25,741 nucleotides of DNA from Atractiella rhizophila (taxonomy: Eukaryota). The stretch is from contig MU271216.1 in NCBI GenBank assembly GCA_021432655.1, positions 124,001 to 149,741 of the forward strand, written 5' to 3'. The notes beneath the pieces are model-generated. The model was given only the letters and a program-made list of their open reading frames with translations, ran no database searches and was not told the DNA's origin. Shown piece after piece: positions 1 to 9,501 of this stretch; the first letter of the stretch is position 1, and every line of letters starts with the position of its first letter. The position numbers and the translations under genes are program-made.

Positions 1-3000
1 CATTCTCATTGTCATCCATCAAACGATCAGCACTGAGATAAATTCGTTCCTGTCAGGAGATAAATCTTCAGATAAGCTGATCGTTTATCAGGTCGACATC
101 AACGTTTCGGACAGTGAGGACCATGTGCTCTTGGAAGTATTGCCTCAGTTGATCACGATATAGGTCTTTAGTTACGGTGTTAAGCTCAGGATAGATGTCA
201 TTTAAGAGACCTTACAGGCCACGTGATTATGGGATTATTGTTCCATCCTTCATTGTCAATGGACCACAACCACAGTCATCTGGGTTATCAGTTGCATCAT
301 TTCCAACTGACAGCAACCAATTAGCAAAGTCAGAAGCGATAGCAAAGTCATCGGCTGCTCGGTGACGGAGAAGACGCATGTTGACTGTGAGAGGAAGAAT
401 CCTCACTGCTAGCCAAAACGGACTGTTGATGACACATGCATCAACAATCTGTGCACGTGAAGCCTTGGGAATAACAGAGAGACACTGTCACATGTCACCT
501 AATCTATTTATCAGAGGTGAACTCTTTGAATTATCCCACTTACCACCTAGAACAAAAATTACTCCGCCAAAAGGCGCATCTACTTTACACATATCTCTCA
601 GCATCCGATCGACTGCCTCAAAGCACCAACGATGGCTCATACCCACTTCATCCCGTATTATGGATTCTGCCTCACGGCAAAGTTGTCCATGATCACTCTG
701 AGCCTTAACACCACAGATTGAATCTGCTTCGAGGTCCAATGGTATTCGAAAGCGTGTGTGGGCAGTTCGTCCTCCTTCCAACAGGATAGCAGCAATGCCC
801 GAGGAGGCCACAGCGAGTGCAATCTTCCCAGTCGAACGAACGTTGGCAAGTAGTAAGTTTTCAACAAAAGTCTGTCCTGTCCCTCCTGGCCCATCAATGC
901 AGAACAGATCTCCACTTCCCTCTTCCCAAGCTGCTATGATGGTGTCATAAGCATGCGTTGATCCTGATTGAGCACCAGCAGCTCCCTGTTGAGATGCTCT
1001 TGAAGTTGCAGACGATCATATGCCAACTCTTCACCAATTATCCTTGTCTCACCCCCCCATCTTTCTAACCTCTCTGTCGGTTGCGGTAGTCCAAAATCCG
1101 ACAGAGACTTAGTGTGAGCCTGTAAGAGATCTTCAATCTCGAGGGGACAGAGACTGATGATTTGTTCTTCGTGTGGATTGGCTGTGCTGTACTTTGTTTG
1201 CAGTAAGCGTTTGCAATCATCGCTAAGTTGTTGATGACGGTTGTCCCATAACCTTCTTGGTTCACTTGCCACACCAAAAAGAAGGATATAGACAAAAAGA
1301 GACTGCATAGCATGACCATTCTTGACTGAGCTGGCTTCCTCAAGGCAAAAGTCCCATTCTTCATCACTTTCTAAAAGTCCTAGAGCCACACATGCAGCCT
1401 TAGATGTTTCATAAACCCTTCCCTCCACAGTCTGAACATCCTCAAAAAACTACCTTGTGTAAGAGAAGTTGGAGGTAGAAAAGCTCTCCTTGCAATGGTG
1501 CAACAAAGTAGATCCTTCCAATAGCTTCTCCTCTCTGCCTGATTTTCCATGAGCGTGTGTTTGATTTCCAAGTAAGGTATTGAGGTGCTTTTGGATACAT
1601 CAAGTCCTCAGTAATGTCGCGGTGTTCCTTGCAGAAGTCAAAAAATTGGGTTAGTGTCGTCTTGCTAATGTTTGGCCTGGAAAGGATATCGTTGAGGGAC
1701 TCTTCATCTGGATTGAACATGATAGACTGTTGATTGGGAAGGTGGATGGCTAATCGCTTGACTATTGGAAAATGGTGATGCAATTGAAAGCGGAAGATGC
1801 GGTAACAGGCTAAGATATATGTCAGACAATCTAAAATATGGTCTCAAAACTGCTTACCTTCAGAAGATCCAATGAATCTAGCATCGAGATACTCTTGGAT
1901 CTCATCCACCTCTTAAGCAGCATTGCCCCTTGTATCACAAATAATAGCTTGGGCTCGATCATAACCTTTATATATGTATTTGAAGAGATATTTCACAGAT
2001 TTGATAGAGATGCACAGTTCGACGTTTATATGAGCCATAAAGCGTCGAAGAACGTATGGGTTGAATGGTACAACCCAACGATTATCGTAGATAAATCCAT
2101 TTGGTGTTTTCTGAAACGTACGTCCATTGTCACGGCGTCGATAAGTTGGATATCCATTGTCATTGATGCCTGTCTCTGCTGCAATGGTTTGGGGCACCCC
2201 TTGCTACAGATCTTTCTGCCTGGCCTTTTAGGATCCTCTACCATGCAGGGACTATCTGGATTAATGTCTCCACATGGTCCATGAAGCATATGCTGACACA
2301 CAATATCGAAAAGCTCGGGGTCAGCATCTTTTGTCTGGTAGTTCGGCGGATACAACACGGTCGATAGCTTCAGCATCCCTAATGGTATCTTGTGGATGAA
2401 GAATGATGAGAATATGAGCATGAGGTAGACCACGTTTCTGAAACTCAATTACCCAAACAAATCTGACTGTCCTCCCGAAGATTGCGTTCTCTCTAATCGC
2501 CCGCATATAGGCTTTAACCTTTACACTGAAGACCCTAGAGACCAAATCTAGTCTATCTGTAGCGGTTTGTCCAGGCAGTAAAGCTTCAGTGATTTCTGGC
2601 CAGCGAGGATTGCAGGTAAATGTTGTAAAGATAGTAAGAGAGCCTCGGTTTCCAACAATCGCCATTGCATCCTGAAACTGTTAATTCATCTGCCGAGGAC
2701 TGCCACTGTGCGATGAGGGCAGAATAGTTCGCCTGCCAACATTTACAGGGTCTCGTCCATCCTCCAAGGCATCGCCAAGCCCAGCATAAGACTCTGTTCG
2801 GAGCAATCCTTGATTGAATCGAAGGAAGTTCAATCGTCCACTTTCAATTTGTGTATATGCATCACAAACAAATTCCTGAAAGAGACGGGCACCATGATGA
2901 ATGAGAGAGAAGGTGTCCTTTTTCAGATGGAGAAGATAAGAGTAGTAGTTCATTTGAGTAACATGATCCTGTTCTTCCATGTTTCCAATGATTTGTCCAT

Positions 3001-3271
3001 CATCGTTTCGATATTCCTCCCATGGTCCAGGTCGAAGCAAATCTTTGTCCCGTAGGGGAATATAGGCATGCCATCCTTGCTCACCATAAGGAAACAAAAG
3101 TGGAAAACGAAGTGGAAGGTAGTTGGCGTTCTGATCACTGACTTTGTCGTAATAGCGCTGACCATCAGGACGCCTAAGTTTGACTATAATGTCTCTCGTA
3201 ATCCCTGCTGAGGCTCCTGATTCCCCTCCAATGAGTAGAACCACTATTTCTCCTATCCCATGTCCTGTTGG
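1..3271 (-). mobile_element. Helitron RepHel (HUH Rep endonuclease + Pif1-family helicase) pseudogene; lacks its N-terminus and runs off the left window edge
   Basis: Minus-strand fragments carry the three Rep motifs FTTFTCNPRWPEI, VIEFQKRGLPHAHILI (HUH) and KYLFKYIYKG, plus RDII...LRFPLLFPYGEQGW. Pif1 motifs: IDGPGGTGQT (Walker A, ~868-898), ASSGIAAILLEGGRTAHTRFRIP, IIRDEVGM, PFGGVIFVLGG/D, LTVNMR. Many frameshifts and stops. GT-AG introns at 1810-1857 and 499-543 rejoin conserved motifs when removed. Confidence 0.95.
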
Positions 3272-3285
3272 CTATGAATGCTCAC

Positions 3286-4842
3286 TTCCGCTGATATAAC
3301 ACCGTGTAATACCCTCTAAGGCAGCCCAATAACAGTCGAAGAACTGTCCCAGATCTTCAGGACGCGAAGCGGGGACGATACTCATGCGATGGAACACGAA
3401 GACGTCCGTGAAGATACGATGGTCTGGGATAGAGTGACCGATGGGGTCGTACTTTTTGTAATCAGCGTCTAAGCTAACATCATCCGACGAGTCAGGGATC
3501 CACTATCAGAGTAACACATAAAGGCAAGAAGGGAGAGGGCGACAAACAGTTCCGGTGTTCCCCAGTAGCTGAAATGCACGATGTTGTCTGCCTATCGCAC
3601 CTCTCACGTCAGTATTTAGCTTCTCGGGATAAAAATAGATAAAATATGGCACTTGAATTATGCTCTCCAAATAACTGGCCTTGAGCCTCACCTATCGCTC
3701 AAATCTGCACCTTCATACAAAGCATCAAACTGGGACACAGCTACCTTCAACAATTCCTTCCCTTTCTCGTGTATGACCTCCGCAAAGGTATAAACAAGTG
3801 TAACAAGCATAGCGATCGACTTCTCCGAAGGTCTCCAAATCGGGCTCATAGGAGCCCAAAGCGATCGCGAAGACGTGTTGAATCAACCTCCTCCTCGCCT
3901 CAGTCTTCATCTTACCATGAGCCCTCCAATCTCCTGTCTCATCTGACAACGGGATCGCAGGCAGGCTGAACTTTCCCAATAGCTCAGAATGTGGCGAATC
4001 TCCCGCTGCCTAAGCGAGATAAAACATAGTCAAGAGTTCCAAAAAAATCAGCCTCCTTCCTTCCCTCCTCCTCCTCCTTAGCCAAAGCGACTGCAGCCCG
4101 GCGTCGATCCTCGTACTCAGCCCAACTGGAAGGGGAAAAGCCTAAGGGGGAGTTGATGGCGGTGAGACGTTCAAGTTGGAGGTCGGGGAGAGCGAGAAGG
4201 TGGTCGGCCAAGGACCATGTCCTGGCTGCGAGCACAAGACGTGTGTTTAGGGAAGACAGGGAGAGGGAGGGAGAAGAGAGCAACTTTGAGAGCAACGAGA
4301 CAGATGGGGTAGGCCCTGTACCATAGCTGCCCTTGAGCAATGACACCGTGTCATCATTACATCCGGTTGCTCCTAGAGATAATTTCACTTTCGATCAAGA
4401 ACTCGAGACTGCCAGATGAGACTGAGACTTTGCTCTTGACGTCGTCTTTAGCTTCTTTTGGATGCGAACGTCTCGTGGCAAGTCTGCGGAGGAGCTGTAC
4501 TGCTTCTTGAGGAGAGACATATCTATGCTGTCCACCCAAAGCAAACGCTTTAGAGAGAAAGAAGGGAGATGACTTGCACGAACCCTTCTCGTCGCACTTC
4601 CCCTTTCAAGTAATAAATGCTTGAGACTTCGCATCTGCACACTCAATAATCAGCACTTTCACACAGTTGAACAACCTAAACTGAGTGTAAAGAGTTTACA
4701 CAGGCAAGGTCATGAAGTGCTGCAGACACACGTATGCTGTTCCCGCGAGGATGCAGGCATTGCATTTTGGGCTGATGGGCTTTCGAGCGCATGGCAGCTT
4801 TTGAGGTTGACAACTCTCGCAGGAGAATGTCCAGCGCTGCAT
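3286..4842 (-). pseudogene. Multi-exon pseudogene: N-terminal Zn(II)2Cys6 cluster, Ser-rich linker, then a kinase-like (possibly FunK1/fungal-type) region truncated by the Helitron junction
   Basis: ATG at 4842 gives MQRWTFSCESCQPQKLPCARKPISPKCNACILAGTAYVC, which is C-x2-C-x6-C-x8-C-x2-C-x8-C (4726-4821). Later exons read TCLYL/AEVIHEKGKELLKVAVSQFDALYEG and (3502-3286) WIPDSS...FHRMSIVPASRPEDLGQFFDCYWAALEGITRCYISG, ending at a GTGAGC donor. The Zn cluster is well supported; the kinase call is tentative. Confidence 0.55.
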
Positions 4843-5207
4843 TTTATCCCCCTGTTGTGCCTTGATGTCGTTGCTAGTGCAGAGTGTCTTTTCCTGTACA
4901 GCAGTTAGTCTCTGATCCGAGATAGCAGTCCTACAAAGATAAAACTAACCTAAAGCAGAGTGATAGAGATGTTTGCAGCGACTTCCTATAGACGTCGAGA
5001 GCAGAAATAGGGGAATAAAGCGGACCAACCTAAGAAACAGAAATTCGCAGCAAAGCTTATCTGATAACGCAGCAGAAGTGATCTGCGATGTATTATCAGT
5101 CAATTCGAAATTTCATATCATTAACCACACCCATTGGCATCAATATGCACGTCCCATCTTCCACAGAATACATAGTAGTGAGAAATTGACTTTCTATCAC
5201 TTTGCAG

Positions 5208-5340
5208 TAACAATCCCCAATCACTTATTAGTGAGTGCAAATGATATAAACAAGTATGTGATTTCAGTATAAGTAATCGTACATACCTAACAATCCCCAA
5301 TCACTTATTAGTGAGTGATAAACGAATATGTGATTGGGGA
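5208..5340. repeat. 30-bp direct repeat (80-bp period) plus an 11-bp inverted repeat
   Basis: TAACAATCCCCAATCACTTATTAGTGAGTG occurs at 5208-5237 and 5288-5317. GTGATTGGGGA (5330-5340) is the reverse complement of TCCCCAATCAC (5294-5304, also 5214-5224). Confidence 0.9.
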
Positions 5341-5448
5341 GAAGAAAAGGAAAGAAAACGCATCAAGCATACTTATAAGTCTGGACTAGCGGTGAAGTGC
5401 ACATGTTTGGCACGGCATCCGGAACGCAATGTAAATAGAACAAAACAG

Positions 5449-6500
5449 ATGACATCCGCCGATCGCCAACAATAGTACTCAATGGCTGTCGCTTCTGCTT
5501 TTCCCAGTCCACTGTCACTACGTCTCGCAAAGTCCCGCTGTTCATCACTTTGCACTGGGGACAAGGCTTCGGACAACACGGGGGGACTTCAACACTTTCC
5601 TCCCACTAGCAAACGAAGGGAAGCTCCGTATTCTGTCGTACGACCAGAGGGGACATGGACAGTCTGAAGTCGTGGGGCCATTCACTTTCGATCAGCTCGT
5701 CCAAGACGTCGAAGCTTTTTGCAAGGTGTTTGTGGAAGGCAAGACCCCTTCGTCTTGCTTGGAGGATCCTTTGGCAGATTCATTGCTCAGCAGGTCCGCT
5801 TGTTTCCTTCTATTGACGTTATGAAATCATTTTGAGTGTTGGTGTCAGTACGCGATCACTTATCCTCACCATTTACACCACCTCGTCCTTCATGGCACCG
5901 CGCCATCATACCACAGTGCGTCCCATTCTCACCTCTTCGCTTCTGGCGTCCATGGCTGACAAGGAAGTAACCAGCCGAAGATGACGCCCGAGAAGTGCTC
6001 TGATCTAGACTGTACAAAGTCCCTAGCGCAAGTCCTGGGATGCTAGACAAGATCTTCAGCCCTGTGGATAACGACATAGAGTTCCATCTTATCGTCTTTG
6101 CTTTGGCTCCGCTCTACGTCGAAACTTACGACGCGGATGCAGGGTTGAACCACGTCGAGGGAATCTACCGGGCCAAGGTGCACAGTGAGTCCAAACATGC
6201 TTGGATTTCTGCCATTTGTTATTGACAACGCTTACTGGATTGGGAAGATGATCTCTATTCTGAGCACGAAAAATACTTCGATTACACCGAACGTCTCCCT
6301 AACCTAAAAGTAAAGACCCTGATTCTCGTCGGTGAATTCGACTGGATCTGTCCTCCAAGACAGGCGAAGAGAATTCACGAGCTCGTATCCACTTCTAAGC
6401 TCTTCGTCGTCAAAGGAGCGAACCATTCTTGTCACTTGGAGAAGACCTCACTAATCTTGGGGAAGCTGAAGCTGTTTTTGGAGGATATTTTGCAACCTTT
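5449..6500 (+). pseudogene. Proline iminopeptidase-like (peptidase S33) alpha/beta hydrolase pseudogene with 3 introns
   Basis: Reconstructed translation: PLFITLHWGQGFG...RILSYDQRGHGQS...FTFDQLVQDVEAF...FVLLGGSFGRFIAQQ/YAITYPHHLHHLVLHGTAPSYH...KTLILVGEFDWICPP...VVKGANHSCHLEK, with a Ser-Asp-His triad. Introns 5794-5848, 5916-5974 and 6185-6247. Frameshifts near 5470, 5581 and 5745; in-frame TGA at 6001-6003. The 3' end is approximate because the frame stays open to 6669. Confidence 0.88.
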
Positions 6501-6931
6501 AGATGAGTTCAAGCTCTTCTCACGGACTACAAGTCATCTTGTTAGGCACAGCGTGTGGAACACTGCCAATGGCACGGAGGCTGAATCCAACTTCTGTCAC
6601 CCTTTTCTTCAGACAACATTGGCTTCCTGCTTCCTGTTTCAAATGGAGCAAAAGAAGGGCATCGTATAACAACTGCGTAACGGGACTGGAAACGTTTTCG
6701 CACGGATCGGAGCCACAGCAACTTGTCAGTCTTAAGTACGACAGGGGACATTGTTTCATTGAAGAATATCAGATGGTGTACCCTTGAGTGTTGGAACAGC
6801 AATTGGGACCGATCGAAGAGAGAGAGAAGATAACAAATCACTTTTTTTTTTAGCAAAGCCCGGGAAGTGAGAAAGCAAAAAGCAACATTGAGCAACTTCA
6901 GCAAACGTCCATGATCGCTCTCCAATAAGGA

Positions 6932-7081
6932 CTATAATGCCAACAAGCCCGGATCGACGGGACAGCAGTTTACTTGCCCTTGATTCGGATTACAGGTGAA
7001 AGGATCACAGCCTGGCTTGTCCGGCTTCTTGTTGGCATCGCAGATTGAACAGTCAGGGCAGCGAAGGCATTCATAGGCCGT
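6932..7081 (-). other. Fragment of a small cysteine-rich protein (8 Cys in about 35 aa)
   Basis: TAYECLRCPDCSICDANKKPDKPGCDPFTCNPNQGQVNCCPVDPGLLAL-stop. The upstream part of the called ORF overlaps sequence better explained by the plus-strand gene. No signal peptide is visible. Confidence 0.45.
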
Positions 7082-7211
7082 ATGATTGAAGAATTCATTC
7101 TGAGTCCTGGAGGAAGCAAATTCGTTAGGACTTCCCAAGCTCTGGAGGAGTGGCTGGAGCATTATTCTGTCCATCTCCCACCTGATCCTGACACTTCTTC
7201 CACTCATCTAG
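7082..7211 (+). pseudogene. 5' piece of the Ulp1/P-like transposase gene, separated from the rest by the Copia insertion
   Basis: Removing 7212-13371 gives a continuous frame MIEEFILSPGG...DTSSTHL-V-TLICRSSLLIHQFVLMVSSINLSV..., in frame with ORF 13416-13634. Confidence 0.6.
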
Positions 7212-7355
7212 TGGTCCCTGTGTAAGGATCTAAGGCTAGGAGTAGTTGGTGGTCAATAATGAGCACCAACACTCCTAGGCAAAACTAAACTACATAGTGA
7301 TGACTCATATGAGTCATAAGAGGCAGATGACCAAAACAACACACTACAACTAACA
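7212..7355 (-). repeat. Copia family A 3' LTR (~144 bp, TG...CA)
   Basis: 7244-7355 matches 13251-13366 with 4 substitutions and one 4-bp indel. It starts TGTTAG on minus, directly after the PPT. The left boundary is inferred from a TG following the TSD-like TCTAG. Confidence 0.85.
7300..7317. promoter_or_regulatory. Perfect 18-bp palindrome made of two tandem Gcn4/AP-1 consensus sites, in LTR A
   Basis: ATGACTCATATGAGTCAT. The other LTR copy keeps one ATGACTCAT (13311-13319). Function is inferred. Confidence 0.55.
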
Positions 7356-7364
7356 CTCCCACCT
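7356..7364 (-). other. Polypurine tract of Copia A
   Basis: Minus-strand AGGTGGGAG immediately before the LTR start TGTTAG. Confidence 0.75.
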
Positions 7365-7559
7365 GGGCAGCTGTCTCTTGTTGCTCCCACCAAATCCAGA
7401 GAATCTCCCACCAAATTCATACAATGTATACTCGATATAAAGCAGAAAGCATATTAGTTTTGCAATGAAAAGAAGATGAAAAGTCTTCGTACCGCTTAAA
7501 GCAGCGTCTTATAACCCCACAGAGGGGGAAAGGATTGTTTATTGCGCCCCATAACTGCC

Positions 7560-9239
7560 TCAGACACTTGGGTAGGGGCGCAAACCCATCATAACTCGAA
7601 ACTTGTCCACGCTGGCGACTGGAAGTGCCTTGGTGAGGAGGTCCGCTGGCATATCGACACCTGGACAGAAGACTGGACTGATCTTGCCCATCTCAACAAC
7701 ATCTCTGAGCCAATAAAAGCGAAGGTCCAGGTGTTTCATTCGACCATGGTGCTCAGGGTTCTTGGATACCTGGAGAGCACTGCTGCTATCTGTGAAGAGA
7801 GCTGTTGGACCTTGAGGAGCGAAGCCAATCTCTTCTAAAAGATTCCTTAGCCAGATGACTTCTTGGCCAGCTGAGACTCCTGAGACATATTCTGCTTCGG
7901 TTGTGGAAAGGGCAACGAGGGATTGTAGTTTGCTGCTCCAACTGACTGCTCCATTGCCCATCTTGAGGAGATAGCCTCCCGTAGAACGTCCAGTATCCTT
8001 GCACCCAGCAAAATCCGCATCGCAGAAGGCATGAAAAGGTTGGTTGAGGTTGGAACCAGTTGCAGAATACTCAATTCCTAAGTTCTGAGTGCCTTTGAGG
8101 TATTGTAGAAGATGCTTGGCTGCTTCCCAGTGCTTCTTTCCAGGATTAGAGAGGTACTTTCCAAGGACAGAGACTGCGTGAGCAATATCTGGACGAGTGG
8201 ACATGGCCAAGTACATCATGGAGCCAACAACGTTGCTGTAAGGGATTGTGCGCATTTCTTCTTGTTCTTCCTTTGTCTGAGGGCAGTCCTCCTCGCTGAG
8301 ACCGTGTCCAACGTTAAGAGGAGTGAGGACAGGGTTGCAGTCATCCATCTGTTGGCGTTCCAGAAGGTCCTTGACATACTGTTCTTGATCCAACCACATC
8401 ATTCTTCGCTTCCTATCCCTCCTAATGCGAACCCCAAGTAGGAATTCCGTTGGTCCAAGGTCTCTGAGCTTGAATCGCTTCCCTAACTCCCTCTTGAAGT
8501 TCTCCACAGCACCCTTGGATGTGCTAGCGATCGTAATATCATCCACAAAGACCGGGACAAGTACTTTGATGTCCCCCTTCGAGTAAATCCACAGACTAGA
8601 GTCGCTCTTGATCTTCTTAAATCCCATATCGACAAGTTCCTTATCGAGTTTCTTCTGCCATTGCTGTCCTCCTTGCCTTGTGCCATAGATGGCTTTGATT
8701 ACCTTGAGAACGTACTCTGGAGGACCCTGTGGATGACCTTCTGGTTGTTGTGCATAGACCTCTGCATCCATATCGCCGTTAAGGAATGCCGTAGAGATAT
8801 CCACTGACTCCAACTCCATGTCCAAGACACAAGCGAGCGAAAGAATCGTCCTAAGTGTCGCCCATTTGAACGTAGATGCAAAAGTATCAAAGTAGTCGAA
8901 TCCAGGGCGTTGAGAGAACCCCTTGATGACGAATCTGGCCTTGAAGCGCTCAATGGAACCATCCGACTTCTTCTTTACCGCAAACACCCATCGAGAACCA
9001 ACGATTTTTGCTCCTTTAGGCGGTTTGACCAGAATCCAACTCTTGTTGTCCAAGTGAGATTGAATCTCCTTCACTGTCGCTTCATGCCATTCCTTTGCAT
9101 TTGGGCTTGCCATCGCTCTTGAATATGACTGAGGGACCTCTACTCCTGTTGCTGCACTCATGGCATGCTCTGTGACAAGCATATAGCCGTATTCCATCGC
9201 CTCTGGCTCAGTGAGGATGTCATATTCCTTTACCAACAT
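7560..9239 (-). CDS. Copia A pol remnant: reverse transcriptase + RNase H (559 aa open; the frame extends upstream to ~9510 through a TGA at 9381-9383)
   Basis: SRWVFAVKKKSDGSIERFKARFVIKGFSQRPGFDYFDTFA, DISTAFLNG, KAIYGTRQ, VFVDD, YSNVVGSMMYLAMSTRPDI, CDADFAG...RSTGGY, ALSTTEAEY, KHLDLRFYWLRD, ADLLTKAL. Confidence 0.95.
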   Translation of the reverse strand: MLVKEYDILTEPEAMEYGYMLVTEHAMSAATGVEVPQSYSRAMASPNAKEWHEATVKEIQSHLDNKSWILVKPPKGAKIVGSRWVFAVKKKSDGSIERFKARFVIKGFSQRPGFDYFDTFASTFKWATLRTILSLACVLDMELESVDISTAFLNGDMDAEVYAQQPEGHPQGPPEYVLKVIKAIYGTRQGGQQWQKKLDKELVDMGFKKIKSDSSLWIYSKGDIKVLVPVFVDDITIASTSKGAVENFKRELGKRFKLRDLGPTEFLLGVRIRRDRKRRMMWLDQEQYVKDLLERQQMDDCNPVLTPLNVGHGLSEEDCPQTKEEQEEMRTIPYSNVVGSMMYLAMSTRPDIAHAVSVLGKYLSNPGKKHWEAAKHLLQYLKGTQNLGIEYSATGSNLNQPFHAFCDADFAGCKDTGRSTGGYLLKMGNGAVSWSSKLQSLVALSTTEAEYVSGVSAGQEVIWLRNLLEEIGFAPQGPTALFTDSSSALQVSKNPEHHGRMKHLDLRFYWLRDVVEMGKISPVFCPGVDMPADLLTKALPVASVDKFRVMMGLRPYPSV

Positions 9240-9501
9240 CCCAAGCTCGTCTGTTGACCCTTCGTCGTTGTTTTGAGGCGCTTCTGGGGTCCTAAATCTG
9301 TTGACAGGTCGTCCTCTACTCGTAGAATAAATTCTTGAAGGCCTGGTGACAGGGGGAGGTGTTGAAGCTGCTGGAGGAGGTCAATCTCGTGTTGTTGGGC
9401 GGATCTGGAGTGGATCTGGAGACTCTGAGAATCTAGGCATGTGAACTCCTGTCCAAGGATCTCTCTGCATGGTGTACTGACGAGGTGGTGTCCTAGGGCG
9501 T

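Noticed and set aside
378..3055. Plus-strand ORFs 378-692, 1838-2284 and 2810-3055, and similar short ORFs opposite the Copia and LINE genes
   Set aside because: Antisense shadows of transposon coding sequence with no motifs of their own.
5208..5317. CRISPR-like repeat-spacer-repeat (30-bp repeat, 50-bp gap)
   Set aside because: Only two copies, the sequences after each repeat resemble one another, there are no cas genes, and the context is eukaryotic.
6932..7207. Hydrophobin or ferredoxin
   Set aside because: The cysteine pattern fits neither C-CC-C-C-CC-C nor CxxCxxCxxxC, and the first half of the ORF is antisense to another element.
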